Below are positions 9,713 through 18,894 of a DNA stretch of 61,783 bases, piece by piece; positions within the stretch are counted from its first letter, which is position 1; each line of letters opens with the position of its first letter. The stretch spans positions 1 through 61,783 of the forward strand of contig DAITOW010000001.1 in assembly GCA_036833965.1 (NCBI GenBank), read 5' to 3'. Under the pieces are notes generated by a model. It saw only the letters and a list, made by a program, of their open reading frames with translations, ran no database searches and had not been told where the DNA came from. Both the position numbers and the translations under genes were made by a program. This DNA is from Oleiphilaceae bacterium. GTDB taxonomy: Bacteria; Pseudomonadota; Gammaproteobacteria; Pseudomonadales; Oleiphilaceae.

Positions 9713-11080
9713 ATGAGTGAAGCTTTTAAAGAAGTTGAACAATTCCTGGCAGCAAATCCGCAAGTTGAGACGATAGAGTTACTCGTTGCAGATCTGGATG
9801 GGGTGTTGCGAGGCAAACGTGTTGAGCGTTCCTTGCTTAAAAAGGTCTATGAGTCGGGCTTTTGTTTGCCGCAATCGGTACTGGCATTGGATGCGACTGG
9901 CACAACAGTAGATGAAACGGGTCTTGGCATCGAAACGGGCGATTCTGATCGAATCTGTAAGCCGATTCCAGGGACCTTACAGCTTTGTCCATGGCACGAG
10001 AATGGTGATCGTGCACAAGCTCTTTGTGATATGTATGAAGTAGATGGGACGCCGCTTGAAATATTTCCGCGCCACATCCTTCAAAAAGCCGTCGACAGGT
10101 TGCACAGTCTTGGCTTTAAAGCAGGTGTTGCGCTTGAGCTGGAGTTTTACTTGGTCGACAAAGAGAGAAAAGAGGATGGTAGCCTACAAGCGCCGATTTC
10201 TCCGATTTCAGGCCAACGACTCACTTCAACCCAGGTCTACTCGATGCAGGATCTGGATGACTATGATTTCTTTATTCGTGACGTTATCGAAATGTCTCGT
10301 TCACAGAATATTCCTGCGGATGCGGTCGTTGCGGAATATGCTCCTGGTCAGTTCGAAGTGAACCTTGATTACACGCAAGACATCATGAAAGCAGTAGATG
10401 ATGCGCTTCTTTTGAAGCGGGTGATCTCTGCCGTTGCAACAAAGCATGGGATTGAAGCAACTTTCATGGCGAAGCCTTACATTGACGAAGCGGGTAGTGG
10501 TTTGCATATCCACCTGAGTTTGTTAAATGAAAAAGGTGAGAACGTTTTTGGTGAAGGTGAGCCTACCGAAAATAAACTACTTGGTAATGCCATTGCCGGC
10601 TTACTTGATATGGCCTTCGGTGTTCAGGCTTTGTATTGTCCGACGATTAATAGTTATCGCCGTCTTGCTCCTGACTCGTTTGCTCCGACGCAACTAACCT
10701 GGGGTGTGGACAATCGTTCGGTCGCGATGCGAATCCCTGCTGGTGGTGCGAGCTCCCGTCGGATCGAAAATCGCATGCCTGGTGCTGATGCAAACCCTTA
10801 CCTTGCAACCATCGCAATGATCGCAGGCGTATTGGAAGGCATTGAAAGCGAAATGACTCCGCCAGAGCGTACGGTCGGCAATGGCTATGAAACCGATGCT
10901 GAGCGTGTACCGGATAATCAGCGTGATTCTCTTCGAGCAATGGCTGAAGATGAGCGTGTGAAGAAATGGTACGGTGAACGCTTTGTTGAGGTGTATCAGG
11001 AAGTGAAATGGAAAAACGTTTATTTGTTTGAACAGCAAATTACGCCTATGGAATATGAACTCATACTTCCTAACGTTTAA
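9713..11080 (+). CDS. Glutamine synthetase family protein, PuuA/PauA-like, paralogue 2
   Basis: 455 aa with the same GS catalytic motifs (MAKPYIDEAGSGLHIHLS, NSYRR, ENRMPGADANPYL). Divergent from paralogue 1. Confidence 0.8.
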   Translation: MSEAFKEVEQFLAANPQVETIELLVADLDGVLRGKRVERSLLKKVYESGFCLPQSVLALDATGTTVDETGLGIETGDSDRICKPIPGTLQLCPWHENGDRAQALCDMYEVDGTPLEIFPRHILQKAVDRLHSLGFKAGVALELEFYLVDKERKEDGSLQAPISPISGQRLTSTQVYSMQDLDDYDFFIRDVIEMSRSQNIPADAVVAEYAPGQFEVNLDYTQDIMKAVDDALLLKRVISAVATKHGIEATFMAKPYIDEAGSGLHIHLSLLNEKGENVFGEGEPTENKLLGNAIAGLLDMAFGVQALYCPTINSYRRLAPDSFAPTQLTWGVDNRSVAMRIPAGGASSRRIENRMPGADANPYLATIAMIAGVLEGIESEMTPPERTVGNGYETDAERVPDNQRDSLRAMAEDERVKKWYGERFVEVYQEVKWKNVYLFEQQITPMEYELILPNV

Positions 11081-11099
11081 CTTCTCTTCGACGAGATAC

Positions 11100-11131
11100 A
11101 AAAAAGCCGATGCTTCAGCATCGGCTTTTTT
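11100..11131. terminator. Bidirectional rho-independent terminator
   Basis: AAAAAAGCCGATGC-ttca-GCATCGGCTTTTTT lies between convergent genes. Confidence 0.85.
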
Positions 11132-11147
11132 GTAATGAAAAGATAAG

Positions 11148-12428
11148 CTAGATTCCCAGCTTATCTCGCAGACCGTAATAAAATGCTCCGATCGCAGTAT
11201 AAGGTACGCGGAACATCTGGCCACCAGGGAAAGGATAATGACGAAGAGACGCAAACGCATCAAAACGTTCAGCCTGACCTTTGACAACTTCACCAATCAA
11301 CTTGCCGGCAAGGTGTGTTGTTGTGACGCCGTGACCACTATAACCCTGAGCATAATAAATCGAGCTGTTGATACGACCGAATTGAGGTAAACGACTCATC
11401 GTCAACAAGAAGTCACCACCCCAAGTGTAATCAAGCTTCACGCCTGCCAATTTAGGGAATACGCGTTCGATATGCGGTCTCAAAAAGCGCTCAATAGATG
11501 CCGGATCACCACCACCATAAGTTACACCACCACCAAACAACAAACGGCCATCGCCGGTTAGACGATAGTAATCAAGTTTATAGTTGCAGTCCTCTACACA
11601 GTAGTCGTTAGGAATCAGCTCCTTACGCAACTCTTCAGGTAATACTTCAGTACACACAATCTGTGTTCCGCAAGGCATTGTTTTTGATGCCAGTTCGGGG
11701 AACAAACCGCCAAGATATGCGTTACCGCAAACAACCAGATAATCAGCCGTAATTGATCCATTCTCTGTCTTGATTACCGGACGCTCAGAGCGAACGACAT
11801 CAATGACCTTGGAGTCCTCAAAGACCCTTCCGCCGAGTGACTCGAGTGCCTGTACTTCACCAAGCAAAAGATTGAGGGGATGAATGTGCGCGCCCGTCAT
11901 ATCGAGCATGCCACCGACATAGGCGTCAGTACCTATCTGCTCACGAATTGACTTGCTGTCCAAAATCTCGAGCTGAGTGTGACCAAGGCTTTCCCAGAGC
12001 TTCTTCTGGCTTTGAAGATGGCCCATTTGCGTCTTGTTGAACGCTGCAAAAATTCCACCCGGCTTATAGTCACAATCAATATTGTACTTTTCAATACGGC
12101 CACGAATAATGTCACCACCTTCGAATGCCATACTTCCTAGCGCTTGAGCAGTTGTCTTGCCATACCGTCTTTCGATAACGTCAATATCGCGGGAGTAACT
12201 GTTTACAAGTTGTCCACCATTGCGACCACTAGCGCCATAGCCAATGCGTGCTGCTTCAAGAACGGCTACTTTAAAACCATTTTCAGCAAGATGAAGAGCA
12301 CTTGAAATACCAGAGAAGCCTGCACCAATAACGCAAACATCAACATCAAGATGCTCGCTTAGGCTAGGGCGGTCTGTTTTATCCTTGCGCGACGCCGCGT
12401 AATAGGATCCGGTGTGTTCGGTTCGCAT
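11148..12428 (-). CDS. FAD-dependent oxidoreductase, PuuB/PauB-like, paralogue 2
   Basis: ATG 12428 (MRTEHTGSYYAAS) lies just after the stop of the upstream cupin gene; the ORF-track start at 12485 overlaps that gene. FAD motif VCVIGAGFSGISSA. Confidence 0.75.
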   Translation of the reverse strand: MRTEHTGSYYAASRKDKTDRPSLSEHLDVDVCVIGAGFSGISSALHLAENGFKVAVLEAARIGYGASGRNGGQLVNSYSRDIDVIERRYGKTTAQALGSMAFEGGDIIRGRIEKYNIDCDYKPGGIFAAFNKTQMGHLQSQKKLWESLGHTQLEILDSKSIREQIGTDAYVGGMLDMTGAHIHPLNLLLGEVQALESLGGRVFEDSKVIDVVRSERPVIKTENGSITADYLVVCGNAYLGGLFPELASKTMPCGTQIVCTEVLPEELRKELIPNDYCVEDCNYKLDYYRLTGDGRLLFGGGVTYGGGDPASIERFLRPHIERVFPKLAGVKLDYTWGGDFLLTMSRLPQFGRINSSIYYAQGYSGHGVTTTHLAGKLIGEVVKGQAERFDAFASLRHYPFPGGQMFRVPYTAIGAFYYGLRDKLGI

Positions 12429-12433
12429 ATTGT

Positions 12434-12787
12434 TTATGCCTCGTAAATGACGTAAATCTTTTTGCAGTAATCGTCTACTTGCCATTCGCCTTCGAAACCG
12501 GCGGGAACAACAAACTGATCGCCTTTACTGACTTTTAGCTCGCTACCATCTTTGTCGATGATCACGGAGCTGCCCTCGAGTATGTGACAAAATTCGTGTT
12601 CAGAATAGCTTACAGTCCAGCGACCTGCTTCAGAATCCCAAATTCCCACATGAAACTTATTATCCTGGCTAGAGTAGTTATTCCAAAGATTCTGCTTTGG
12701 CTCGCCGTGAATGATTTTTTCTTCTGCTGGTAAATAGCTTTCTTTGCTGACGTTCTCGTCGACAAATTGTATGTTTGAAACGCTCAT
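12434..12787 (-). CDS. Small cupin-domain protein (cupin_3/DUF861-like)
   Basis: 117 aa with GGAG RBS 5 nt upstream. Single beta-barrel cupin signature region (GIWDSEAGRW..HEFCHILEGSSVI..GDQFVVPAGFEGEW). Confidence 0.6.
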   Translation of the reverse strand: MSVSNIQFVDENVSKESYLPAEEKIIHGEPKQNLWNNYSSQDNKFHVGIWDSEAGRWTVSYSEHEFCHILEGSSVIIDKDGSELKVSKGDQFVVPAGFEGEWQVDDYCKKIYVIYEA

Positions 12788-12803
12788 AAAACTCCAAATA
12801 AAT

Positions 12804-12826
12804 AAAGCCCAGTAAAACTGGGCTTT
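12804..12826 (-). terminator. Terminator-like hairpin between mmsA and the cupin gene
   Basis: The minus strand reads AAAGCCCAG-uuuua-CUGGGCUUU followed by AUUUAUUU, immediately before the cupin RBS. Confidence 0.5.
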
Positions 12827-12837
12827 GACTGACTAAC

Positions 12838-14325
12838 TTATTTCATTGTTGGCATGACGAACTCAGCGCCGAGATCGCCTTCTGGCCAACGTGCAGTAAC
12901 AGCTTTACGCTTGGTGTAGAATCTAACACCTTCTGGTCCGTGCATGTGATTCGCACCAAATAGCGAACGTTTCCAACCACCAAAGGAGTGGAATGCCATT
13001 GGCACAGGAATTGGAACGTTCACTCCAACCATGCCAACCTGAACATCATGCGTGAACTTGCGAGCGATACCGCCGCTTCTTGTGTAAATTGACGTGCCGT
13101 TACCGTACTCGTGGTCATTGATCATTTGCACTGCCGTGGTGTAATCAGGAACACGGACAACACAAAGAACCGGGCCGAAAATCTCTTCCTGGTAAATCAC
13201 CATGTCTGTTGTAACGTTGTCGAACAAGCATCCACCGAGGAAGTAACCATTTTCGTTAGCGTCGATCTGTGCTTCACGACCATCAACGACCAGCGTTGCG
13301 CCTTCTTCAACACCTTTAGCGACATAACCTTTCACTTTCTCAAGGTGTTCTTTGCTTATGAGAGGACCCATATCGAGACCTTTGTTGGTGCCGTCACCGA
13401 TCTTGAGTGCTTTCGTCTTCTCGGCCAATTTAGCAACCAACTCGTCAGCAATGTCACCAACAGCCAGAGCAACAGAAATCGCCATGCAGCGTTCGCCCGC
13501 AGAACCGTAGGCCGCACCCATAAGTGCATTTACTGCACCGTCAATGTCTGCGTCAGGCATTACGATCATGTGGTTCTTCGCGCCACCTAGAGCTTGAACG
13601 CGTTTACCATGCGCAGAAGCCGTTGAGTAGATGTACTCAGCAATTGGCGTTGAACCGACGAAGCTTACCGCCTGGATTTTTTCATGGCGCAAAAGCACAT
13701 CAACCGCTTCTTTGTCGCCATTGACGATATTCAATACTCCATCAGGAAGACCTGCTTCTTTCATCCATTCAGCCATAAGCATGCTGGCAGTAGGATTCTT
13801 TTCAGAAGGCTTCATGATAACGGTGTTGCCACACGCGATTGCAACAGGCCACATCCACATCGGAACCATTGCAGGGAAGTTAAAAGGAGTAATACCTGCA
13901 ATGACACCTAAAGGTTGGCTTGTGCTCCACGCGTCAATACCTGTGCCTACTTGCTCAGTAAATTCACCTTTAAGAGCTGATGGGATACCGCAAGCGAACT
14001 CAACAACTTCAAGGCCGCGAGTAATTTCGCCAAGCGCATCTTCGTAAACTTTGCCGTGCTGAGCTGTAATTACTGCTGCAAGCTCATCGCGACGCTCTTC
14101 AATAATCGCCTTGAACTTGAACAGGATGCGCGCACGGCTGAGTGGCGTTGTTTGCGACCAAGTTGTAAAAGCAGTCTGTGCAACCTCAATTGCGCTCTCA
14201 ACTTCTGCCGCTGATGCAAGAGAAACGTTTGCAATCTGCTCGCCCGTAGCAGGGTTAAATACTGCTTGAGATCGAGCGCTAGCGCCTGTTTCCTGGCCAT
14301 TTACGTAATGATTAATGTTAGTCAT
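12838..14325 (-). CDS. mmsA: CoA-acylating methylmalonate/malonate-semialdehyde dehydrogenase
   Basis: 495 aa. Characteristic MmsA N-terminal half (HYVNGQ..., TWSQTTPLSRARILFKFK, ITPFNFPAMVPMWMWPVAIACGNTVIMKPSE). Adjacent to the beta-alanine:pyruvate transaminase. Confidence 0.85.
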   Translation of the reverse strand: MTNINHYVNGQETGASARSQAVFNPATGEQIANVSLASAAEVESAIEVAQTAFTTWSQTTPLSRARILFKFKAIIEERRDELAAVITAQHGKVYEDALGEITRGLEVVEFACGIPSALKGEFTEQVGTGIDAWSTSQPLGVIAGITPFNFPAMVPMWMWPVAIACGNTVIMKPSEKNPTASMLMAEWMKEAGLPDGVLNIVNGDKEAVDVLLRHEKIQAVSFVGSTPIAEYIYSTASAHGKRVQALGGAKNHMIVMPDADIDGAVNALMGAAYGSAGERCMAISVALAVGDIADELVAKLAEKTKALKIGDGTNKGLDMGPLISKEHLEKVKGYVAKGVEEGATLVVDGREAQIDANENGYFLGGCLFDNVTTDMVIYQEEIFGPVLCVVRVPDYTTAVQMINDHEYGNGTSIYTRSGGIARKFTHDVQVGMVGVNVPIPVPMAFHSFGGWKRSLFGANHMHGPEGVRFYTKRKAVTARWPEGDLGAEFVMPTMK

Positions 14326-14366
14326 GGTAAACCTAATTTTTTCAGAAATTCTAGTTTAGGACGCCC

Positions 14367-15677
14367 TTAGTAGAGCGACTTGATTGCTGAGCGCATTGCG
14401 TTCATTAGTTCGTCGATCTGATCCTCAGAGATAATCAACGGTGGAGACATTGCAATAATGTCGCCTGTGCAACGAACCAGGGCATTATGCTTCCAGAAGC
14501 AGTCATGGAAGACCTTATAGCCACGTTCGCCCATTTTGGCGCTAGAATTAAACTCAACAGCACCAACAAGCCCAAGGTTACGGATGTCTTTGACTACATC
14601 GAACTCTTTAAGGCTGTGAAGCGCTTCCTGCCAATATGATTCGAGTGTTAAAGCTTTCTCGAACAGGTTCTCGCGCTCGTAAATTTCAAGTGTAGCGATC
14701 GCTGCAGCTGCTGCAACGGGGTGGCCGGAATAGGTATATCCGTGGAACAATTCAATAACTTCTTCAGGACCGTGCATAAATGCGTCATGAATTTCGTTAG
14801 ATACGAATACTGCACCCATTGGGATCGCACCGTTAGTTAAACCTTTTGCTGACGTAATGATATCTGGTGTTACACCAAAGCGTTCTGCAGCAAATGCTTT
14901 ACCAATTCGGCCATATCCTGTTATTACCTCATCAAAGATCAGGATAATGTCGTTGTCTTTGGTGATCTTGCGTAGACGTTCCAGATAACCTTTTGGTGGC
15001 ATCCATACGCCGCCACTGCCAACAACCGGCTCAACAATAACCGCAGCGATTGTGTCACCGTGAAGAGCGATCATGCTGATCAACTCGTCTGCAAGCTCCT
15101 CGCCATGTTCAGGTTGACCTTTAGTAAACTCGCTACCGGCAACCCAGGCATGTTTCAGGTGATCGACACCAGTAAGCAAACTGCCGAAAGCCTTACGGTT
15201 ATTACCTAGGCCACCTACAGAAATACCACCAAAGTTGGTGCCGTGGTAACCTTTTTCTCGACCTACAAGACGTGTCTTGTGAGCGTTACCTTTGGCACGG
15301 TGATAGGCAAGAGCAATTTTTAGTGCTGTGTCTGCAGACTCTGATCCGGAGTTTGTGAAGAAAACGTGATCCAGACCGTCCGGGGTGTGCTTAATCAGTT
15401 TTCGAGCTAACTCAAACGGCAGAGGGTGGCCCATCTGGAATGTAGGGGCAAAATCCAATTCTTGAATTTGCTTGCTAACAGCTTCGGTAATGTCTGTACG
15501 GGCATGGCCAGCATTCGTGCACCAAAGACCTGCTGTGCCGTCAAGAATTTTACGGCCATCTTCTGTTGTGTAGTGCATTCCTTCAGCGCTTACGATCATG
15601 CGAGGCGCAGCCTTGTACTGGCGATTCGCGGTGAAAGGCATCCAAAAAGCATCAAGATTCGAGTTATGAGTGGACAT
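14367..15677 (-). CDS. Omega-amino acid (beta-alanine)--pyruvate aminotransferase, class III
   Basis: N-terminus FWMPFTANRQYKAAPRMIVSAEG matches the BauA/OapT type by recall, not the SpuC type. PLP region DEVITGYGRIG..TSAKGLTNG. Confidence 0.8.
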   Translation of the reverse strand: MSTHNSNLDAFWMPFTANRQYKAAPRMIVSAEGMHYTTEDGRKILDGTAGLWCTNAGHARTDITEAVSKQIQELDFAPTFQMGHPLPFELARKLIKHTPDGLDHVFFTNSGSESADTALKIALAYHRAKGNAHKTRLVGREKGYHGTNFGGISVGGLGNNRKAFGSLLTGVDHLKHAWVAGSEFTKGQPEHGEELADELISMIALHGDTIAAVIVEPVVGSGGVWMPPKGYLERLRKITKDNDIILIFDEVITGYGRIGKAFAAERFGVTPDIITSAKGLTNGAIPMGAVFVSNEIHDAFMHGPEEVIELFHGYTYSGHPVAAAAAIATLEIYERENLFEKALTLESYWQEALHSLKEFDVVKDIRNLGLVGAVEFNSSAKMGERGYKVFHDCFWKHNALVRCTGDIIAMSPPLIISEDQIDELMNAMRSAIKSLY

Positions 15678-15699
15678 AGTGACCTCAAGAACAGGGTGT

Positions 15700-15714
15700 T
15701 TAATTTATTGAACA
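15700..15714 (+). promoter_or_regulatory. PuuR-like box (12/15 to the local consensus)
   Basis: TTAATTTATTGAACA lies 23 bp upstream of the aminotransferase start, in a divergent promoter region. Confidence 0.4.
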
Positions 15715-15867
15715 ATGCTTGCGTAGTGTATGTAAAATAAATAAAACATCAAGTGTTAGAATGTTAAGCTACATAAAAAACCGTTAAATCCTTTAGTTTT
15801 TAGTGCTTTGAGCCAGTATTTCCTGAGATGTATTGCGCAGTTTCGCAAAACAAAAAACGTGAAAGAT

Positions 15868-15882
15868 TGTTCAAAATATTGA
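15868..15882 (-). promoter_or_regulatory. PuuR-like box (12/15 to the local consensus)
   Basis: The minus strand reads TCAATATTTTGAACA, just upstream of the PuuC-like dehydrogenase gene. Confidence 0.4.
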
Positions 15883-15943
15883 AATTATGTCGCTTCAGAC
15901 GTATCTTCTGTCTTTCAGTTATAGAACATATTCGGGGAATATA

Positions 15944-17440
15944 GTGCACACGGTTAAAGATTTGGCGTACTGGGAAGGTCTGGCGAAGTCGGTTTCGATT
16001 GAGGGTCGGGCATTCATCAATGGTGAATATTGCGCAGCGAAAGATGGTGATGAGTTCGAGTGTATCAGCCCGATTGATCGCAGCGTATTAGTAAAGGTTG
16101 CTTCTTGTAAAAAGGCAGATGTTGATCTTGCGGTAGCTGGTGCACGAGCGGCATTTGAATCTGGAGCGTGGTCTGATCTGGCTCCTGCAAAGAGAAAAGC
16201 CGTTCTTCTGACATTCGCTGATCTGATTGAGGAAGCAGCCGATGAAATTGCGCTGCTCGAAACGCTTGATATGGGCAAGCCGATAAGCTTTTCTTTGGAA
16301 GATGATCTGAGCGGTACCTTGCGAGCGATCCGTTGGACTGCCGAAGCCATCGATAAAATTTATGATGAGGTTGCCCCAACTCCAAGCGATCAGCTCGGTA
16401 TGATAACCAGAGAGCCTATTGGTGTGGTTGCAGCGATTGTGCCCTGGAACTTCCCGCTTCTAATGGCTGCATGGAAGTTTGCTCCGGCTTTGGCAATGGG
16501 TAACTCATTTATTCTGAAGCCATCGGAAAAATCACCACTGACGGCGATCCGTATTGCCGAGTTGGCGAAAAAAGCGGGCATTCCGGATGGTGTATTTAAT
16601 GTGTTACCAGGTTTCGGGCATACTGCTGGACAGGCACTCGCCGAGCATATGGATGTTGATACATTGGCATTTACAGGCTCAACGGGTGTTGCCAAGAAAT
16701 TGATGGTATTTGCCGGTGAATCAAACATGAAGCGTGTTTGGTCAGAAGCGGGCGGGAAATCACCCAATGTTGTCTTCGCCGATGCTCCTGATCTGGATGC
16801 CGCTGCAGAAGCTGCAGCAGGGGCTATTTGTTATAATCAGGGCGAAGTATGCACCGCGGGTTCACGCTTGTTGGTGGAAGATTCTATCGCTGATGAATTT
16901 ATGGCCAAGGTTCGGGCACATGTTGCAAATTGGAAGCCCGGTAATCCTCTTGATCCGCAAACGAATGTCGGTGCGATTGTCGATGACGCGCAGTTGGATC
17001 GAATTTGCTCTTACATAGAGATCGGTAAGGAGCAGGGCGCTCGAATGACGATCGGTGGTAACAGACCTTCTGCGTTGTCGAACGGTTGTTTTGTTGAGCC
17101 AACAGTGTTTGAAGGCGTGACCAATGACATGAGTATTGCTGCTGAAGAAATCTTTGGGCCAGTATTGTCTGTCATTCGTTTTACGGATGAAGATGAAGCC
17201 TTGAAGATTGCGAATGACTCGATCTTTGGGTTGGCAGCAGCAGTATGGACAAGCAATTTACGCAGGGCGCACCGTTTTTCTCGTGGTTTGAGAGCAGGTT
17301 CTGTTTGGGTTAACCAATACGACGGTGGCGATATGACTGCGCCATTTGGTGGCTACAAGCAGAGTGGTAATGGCCGAGACAAGTCTCTGCATGCACTCGA
17401 TAAATACAGCGAGTTGAAAGCGACCTGGATAAAACTCTAG
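15944..17440 (+). CDS. Aldehyde dehydrogenase, PuuC/PauC-like (gamma-glutamyl-aminoaldehyde dehydrogenase)
   Basis: GTG 15944 is preceded by GGGGAA, and the N-terminus (DLAYWEGLAKS..RAFINGEY) parallels E. coli PuuC by recall. ATG 15887 is an alternative start without an RBS. ALDH motifs VLELGGKSP-like (SEAGGKSPNVV) and catalytic NQGEVCTAGSR. Confidence 0.8.
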   Translation: MHTVKDLAYWEGLAKSVSIEGRAFINGEYCAAKDGDEFECISPIDRSVLVKVASCKKADVDLAVAGARAAFESGAWSDLAPAKRKAVLLTFADLIEEAADEIALLETLDMGKPISFSLEDDLSGTLRAIRWTAEAIDKIYDEVAPTPSDQLGMITREPIGVVAAIVPWNFPLLMAAWKFAPALAMGNSFILKPSEKSPLTAIRIAELAKKAGIPDGVFNVLPGFGHTAGQALAEHMDVDTLAFTGSTGVAKKLMVFAGESNMKRVWSEAGGKSPNVVFADAPDLDAAAEAAAGAICYNQGEVCTAGSRLLVEDSIADEFMAKVRAHVANWKPGNPLDPQTNVGAIVDDAQLDRICSYIEIGKEQGARMTIGGNRPSALSNGCFVEPTVFEGVTNDMSIAAEEIFGPVLSVIRFTDEDEALKIANDSIFGLAAAVWTSNLRRAHRFSRGLRAGSVWVNQYDGGDMTAPFGGYKQSGNGRDKSLHALDKYSELKATWIKL

Positions 17441-17467
17441 GTTATAGAGTGGTGCGGATCGGAATGT

Positions 17468-17498
17468 AAAAAGCCCGGGTAAAACCCGGGCTTTTTTT
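17468..17498. terminator. Bidirectional rho-independent terminator
   Basis: AAAAAGCCCGGG-taaaa-CCCGGGCTTTTTTT lies between convergent genes. Confidence 0.85.
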
Positions 17499-17501
17499 GA
17501 T

Positions 17502-18797
17502 CTAGAAAATATCCTTGAAGCGATGATAAAGCATACCCGCAGCTAGCATTGGAGAGCGGAACTTAGGTCCTCCGGGGAAGCGCATGTGACTTACTTTCTC
17601 AAACACTTCAATTCTATTGCTTTCGCCATTTATCGATTCAGCTATCAGGCGTCCCGACATGTGTGTTGCGTTGACACCGTGACCTGAATAAGCCTGAGCG
17701 TAGTAGATGTTGTCTTGTAATCGACCAACCTGAGGCAATCTATTCGCACCAATACCAATCATTCCTCCCCACTGGAAGTCTATTTTCTTGTCAGCAAGAT
17801 ATGGGAATACTTTGTCGAGGTTTGGTTTTAATGCGTTGACGATTGATTTTGGATCTCTCCCGGAATAGGTACACAGGCCGCCAAACAAGAGTCTTCTGTC
17901 TGCTGATAGACGAAAATAATCCAAAGCGACACGCTGGTCACAAACCGCCATATCCTGCGGTAGTACGCGTTTGGCTTCTTCTTCGCTGAGTGGTTCGGTT
18001 GCGATCACATAACTGCCGGCTGGGAGAACTTTTGCTCCGAGAGATTTTTCCAGATCACCAACATAAGCATTTCCGCAAATAACGAGCTGATCGCAGCGGA
18101 TTTGGGCGTGTTCGGTTTTTACAACACATTGAGTGCCCTTTTTGATGTCGATGACTCGAGAGTTCTCAAAGATCTTTGCACCCAGACTTTCTGCAATTCT
18201 CGCTTCGGCTACATTGAGTTTAAGCGGGTGCACATGTCCGCTTCCCATATCAATCAGGCCGCCAACATACTGATCTGAACCAACAACCTGATGCATGTCG
18301 TCTTTATCCAGCAGGCGTGTTTCATGCGGATAGTTAATGGAATCCAGCCATTCCTTGTCTTCGATAAAACCCTTTACATGTCGAGCTCTCGTTGCAAGAT
18401 CGCAGTAACCCCATTTGAGGTCACAGTCGATGGAATACTTCTCTACGCGCTCGCGAACAATATCGACGGCCTCAAAGCCCATGTCATTGATAGCCTTGAT
18501 GCCTTCGGTACCAATCTGGTTTTTAAACTGTTCAAGACCATGACCAATGCCCCTGATTAATTGCCCGCCATTGCGGCCCGAGGCTCCCCAGCCAATTCGA
18601 TATGACTCGAGCAGAACAACGTCTATTCCGCGTTCTCTGAGTTCAAGTGCGGTGCTGACTCCGCTAAAGCCGCCACCGACAATACAAACTTGAGTTGAGA
18701 TGTCGCCCTTTGCTTGAGGGAACCCGTCCTTATCATTCAAACTTGCGACATAATAAGAATCTGGGTAATCGGTCGAGTGAGTTGAGGGGTTTAACAT
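17502..18797 (-). CDS. FAD-dependent oxidoreductase, PuuB/PauB-like, paralogue 3
   Basis: 431 aa with FAD motif VCIVGGGFSGVSTA and the same conserved blocks as the other two paralogues. Divergent from puuR. Confidence 0.75.
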   Translation of the reverse strand: MLNPSTHSTDYPDSYYVASLNDKDGFPQAKGDISTQVCIVGGGFSGVSTALELRERGIDVVLLESYRIGWGASGRNGGQLIRGIGHGLEQFKNQIGTEGIKAINDMGFEAVDIVRERVEKYSIDCDLKWGYCDLATRARHVKGFIEDKEWLDSINYPHETRLLDKDDMHQVVGSDQYVGGLIDMGSGHVHPLKLNVAEARIAESLGAKIFENSRVIDIKKGTQCVVKTEHAQIRCDQLVICGNAYVGDLEKSLGAKVLPAGSYVIATEPLSEEEAKRVLPQDMAVCDQRVALDYFRLSADRRLLFGGLCTYSGRDPKSIVNALKPNLDKVFPYLADKKIDFQWGGMIGIGANRLPQVGRLQDNIYYAQAYSGHGVNATHMSGRLIAESINGESNRIEVFEKVSHMRFPGGPKFRSPMLAAGMLYHRFKDIF

Positions 18798-18894
18798 GTC
18801 TTTTGCCTTAATACGTTCTTCGTCCGTTTGATATATTAACCAAGTGTATGAGATAATGCACGTTAATAAGGGTTGTTAGGTTACGGAATTTACG

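Noticed and set aside
10694-11296. 200-aa minus-strand ORF spanning the end of the second PuuA-like gene and the terminator. Similar long antisense ORFs lie at 19034-19618 (194 aa), 42165-42710 (181 aa), 44384-44938 (184 aa), 56083-56622 (179 aa), 13111-13590, 15919-16350 and 55129-55623.
   Set aside because: All lie antisense to, or overlap, genes with strong family motifs. They lack RBSs and have odd, low-complexity or Arg/Ser/Cys-rich composition typical of shadow ORFs.
18827-18843. TTTGATATATTAACCAA upstream of puuR/PauB-3 as a PuuR autoregulation box; also AAAATATAATTCAGCA at about 6583-6598 in the ald-lrp spacer.
   Set aside because: They match the box at only 10-11/15 with a disrupted TTGAACA core, which is indistinguishable from generic AT-rich promoter sequence.
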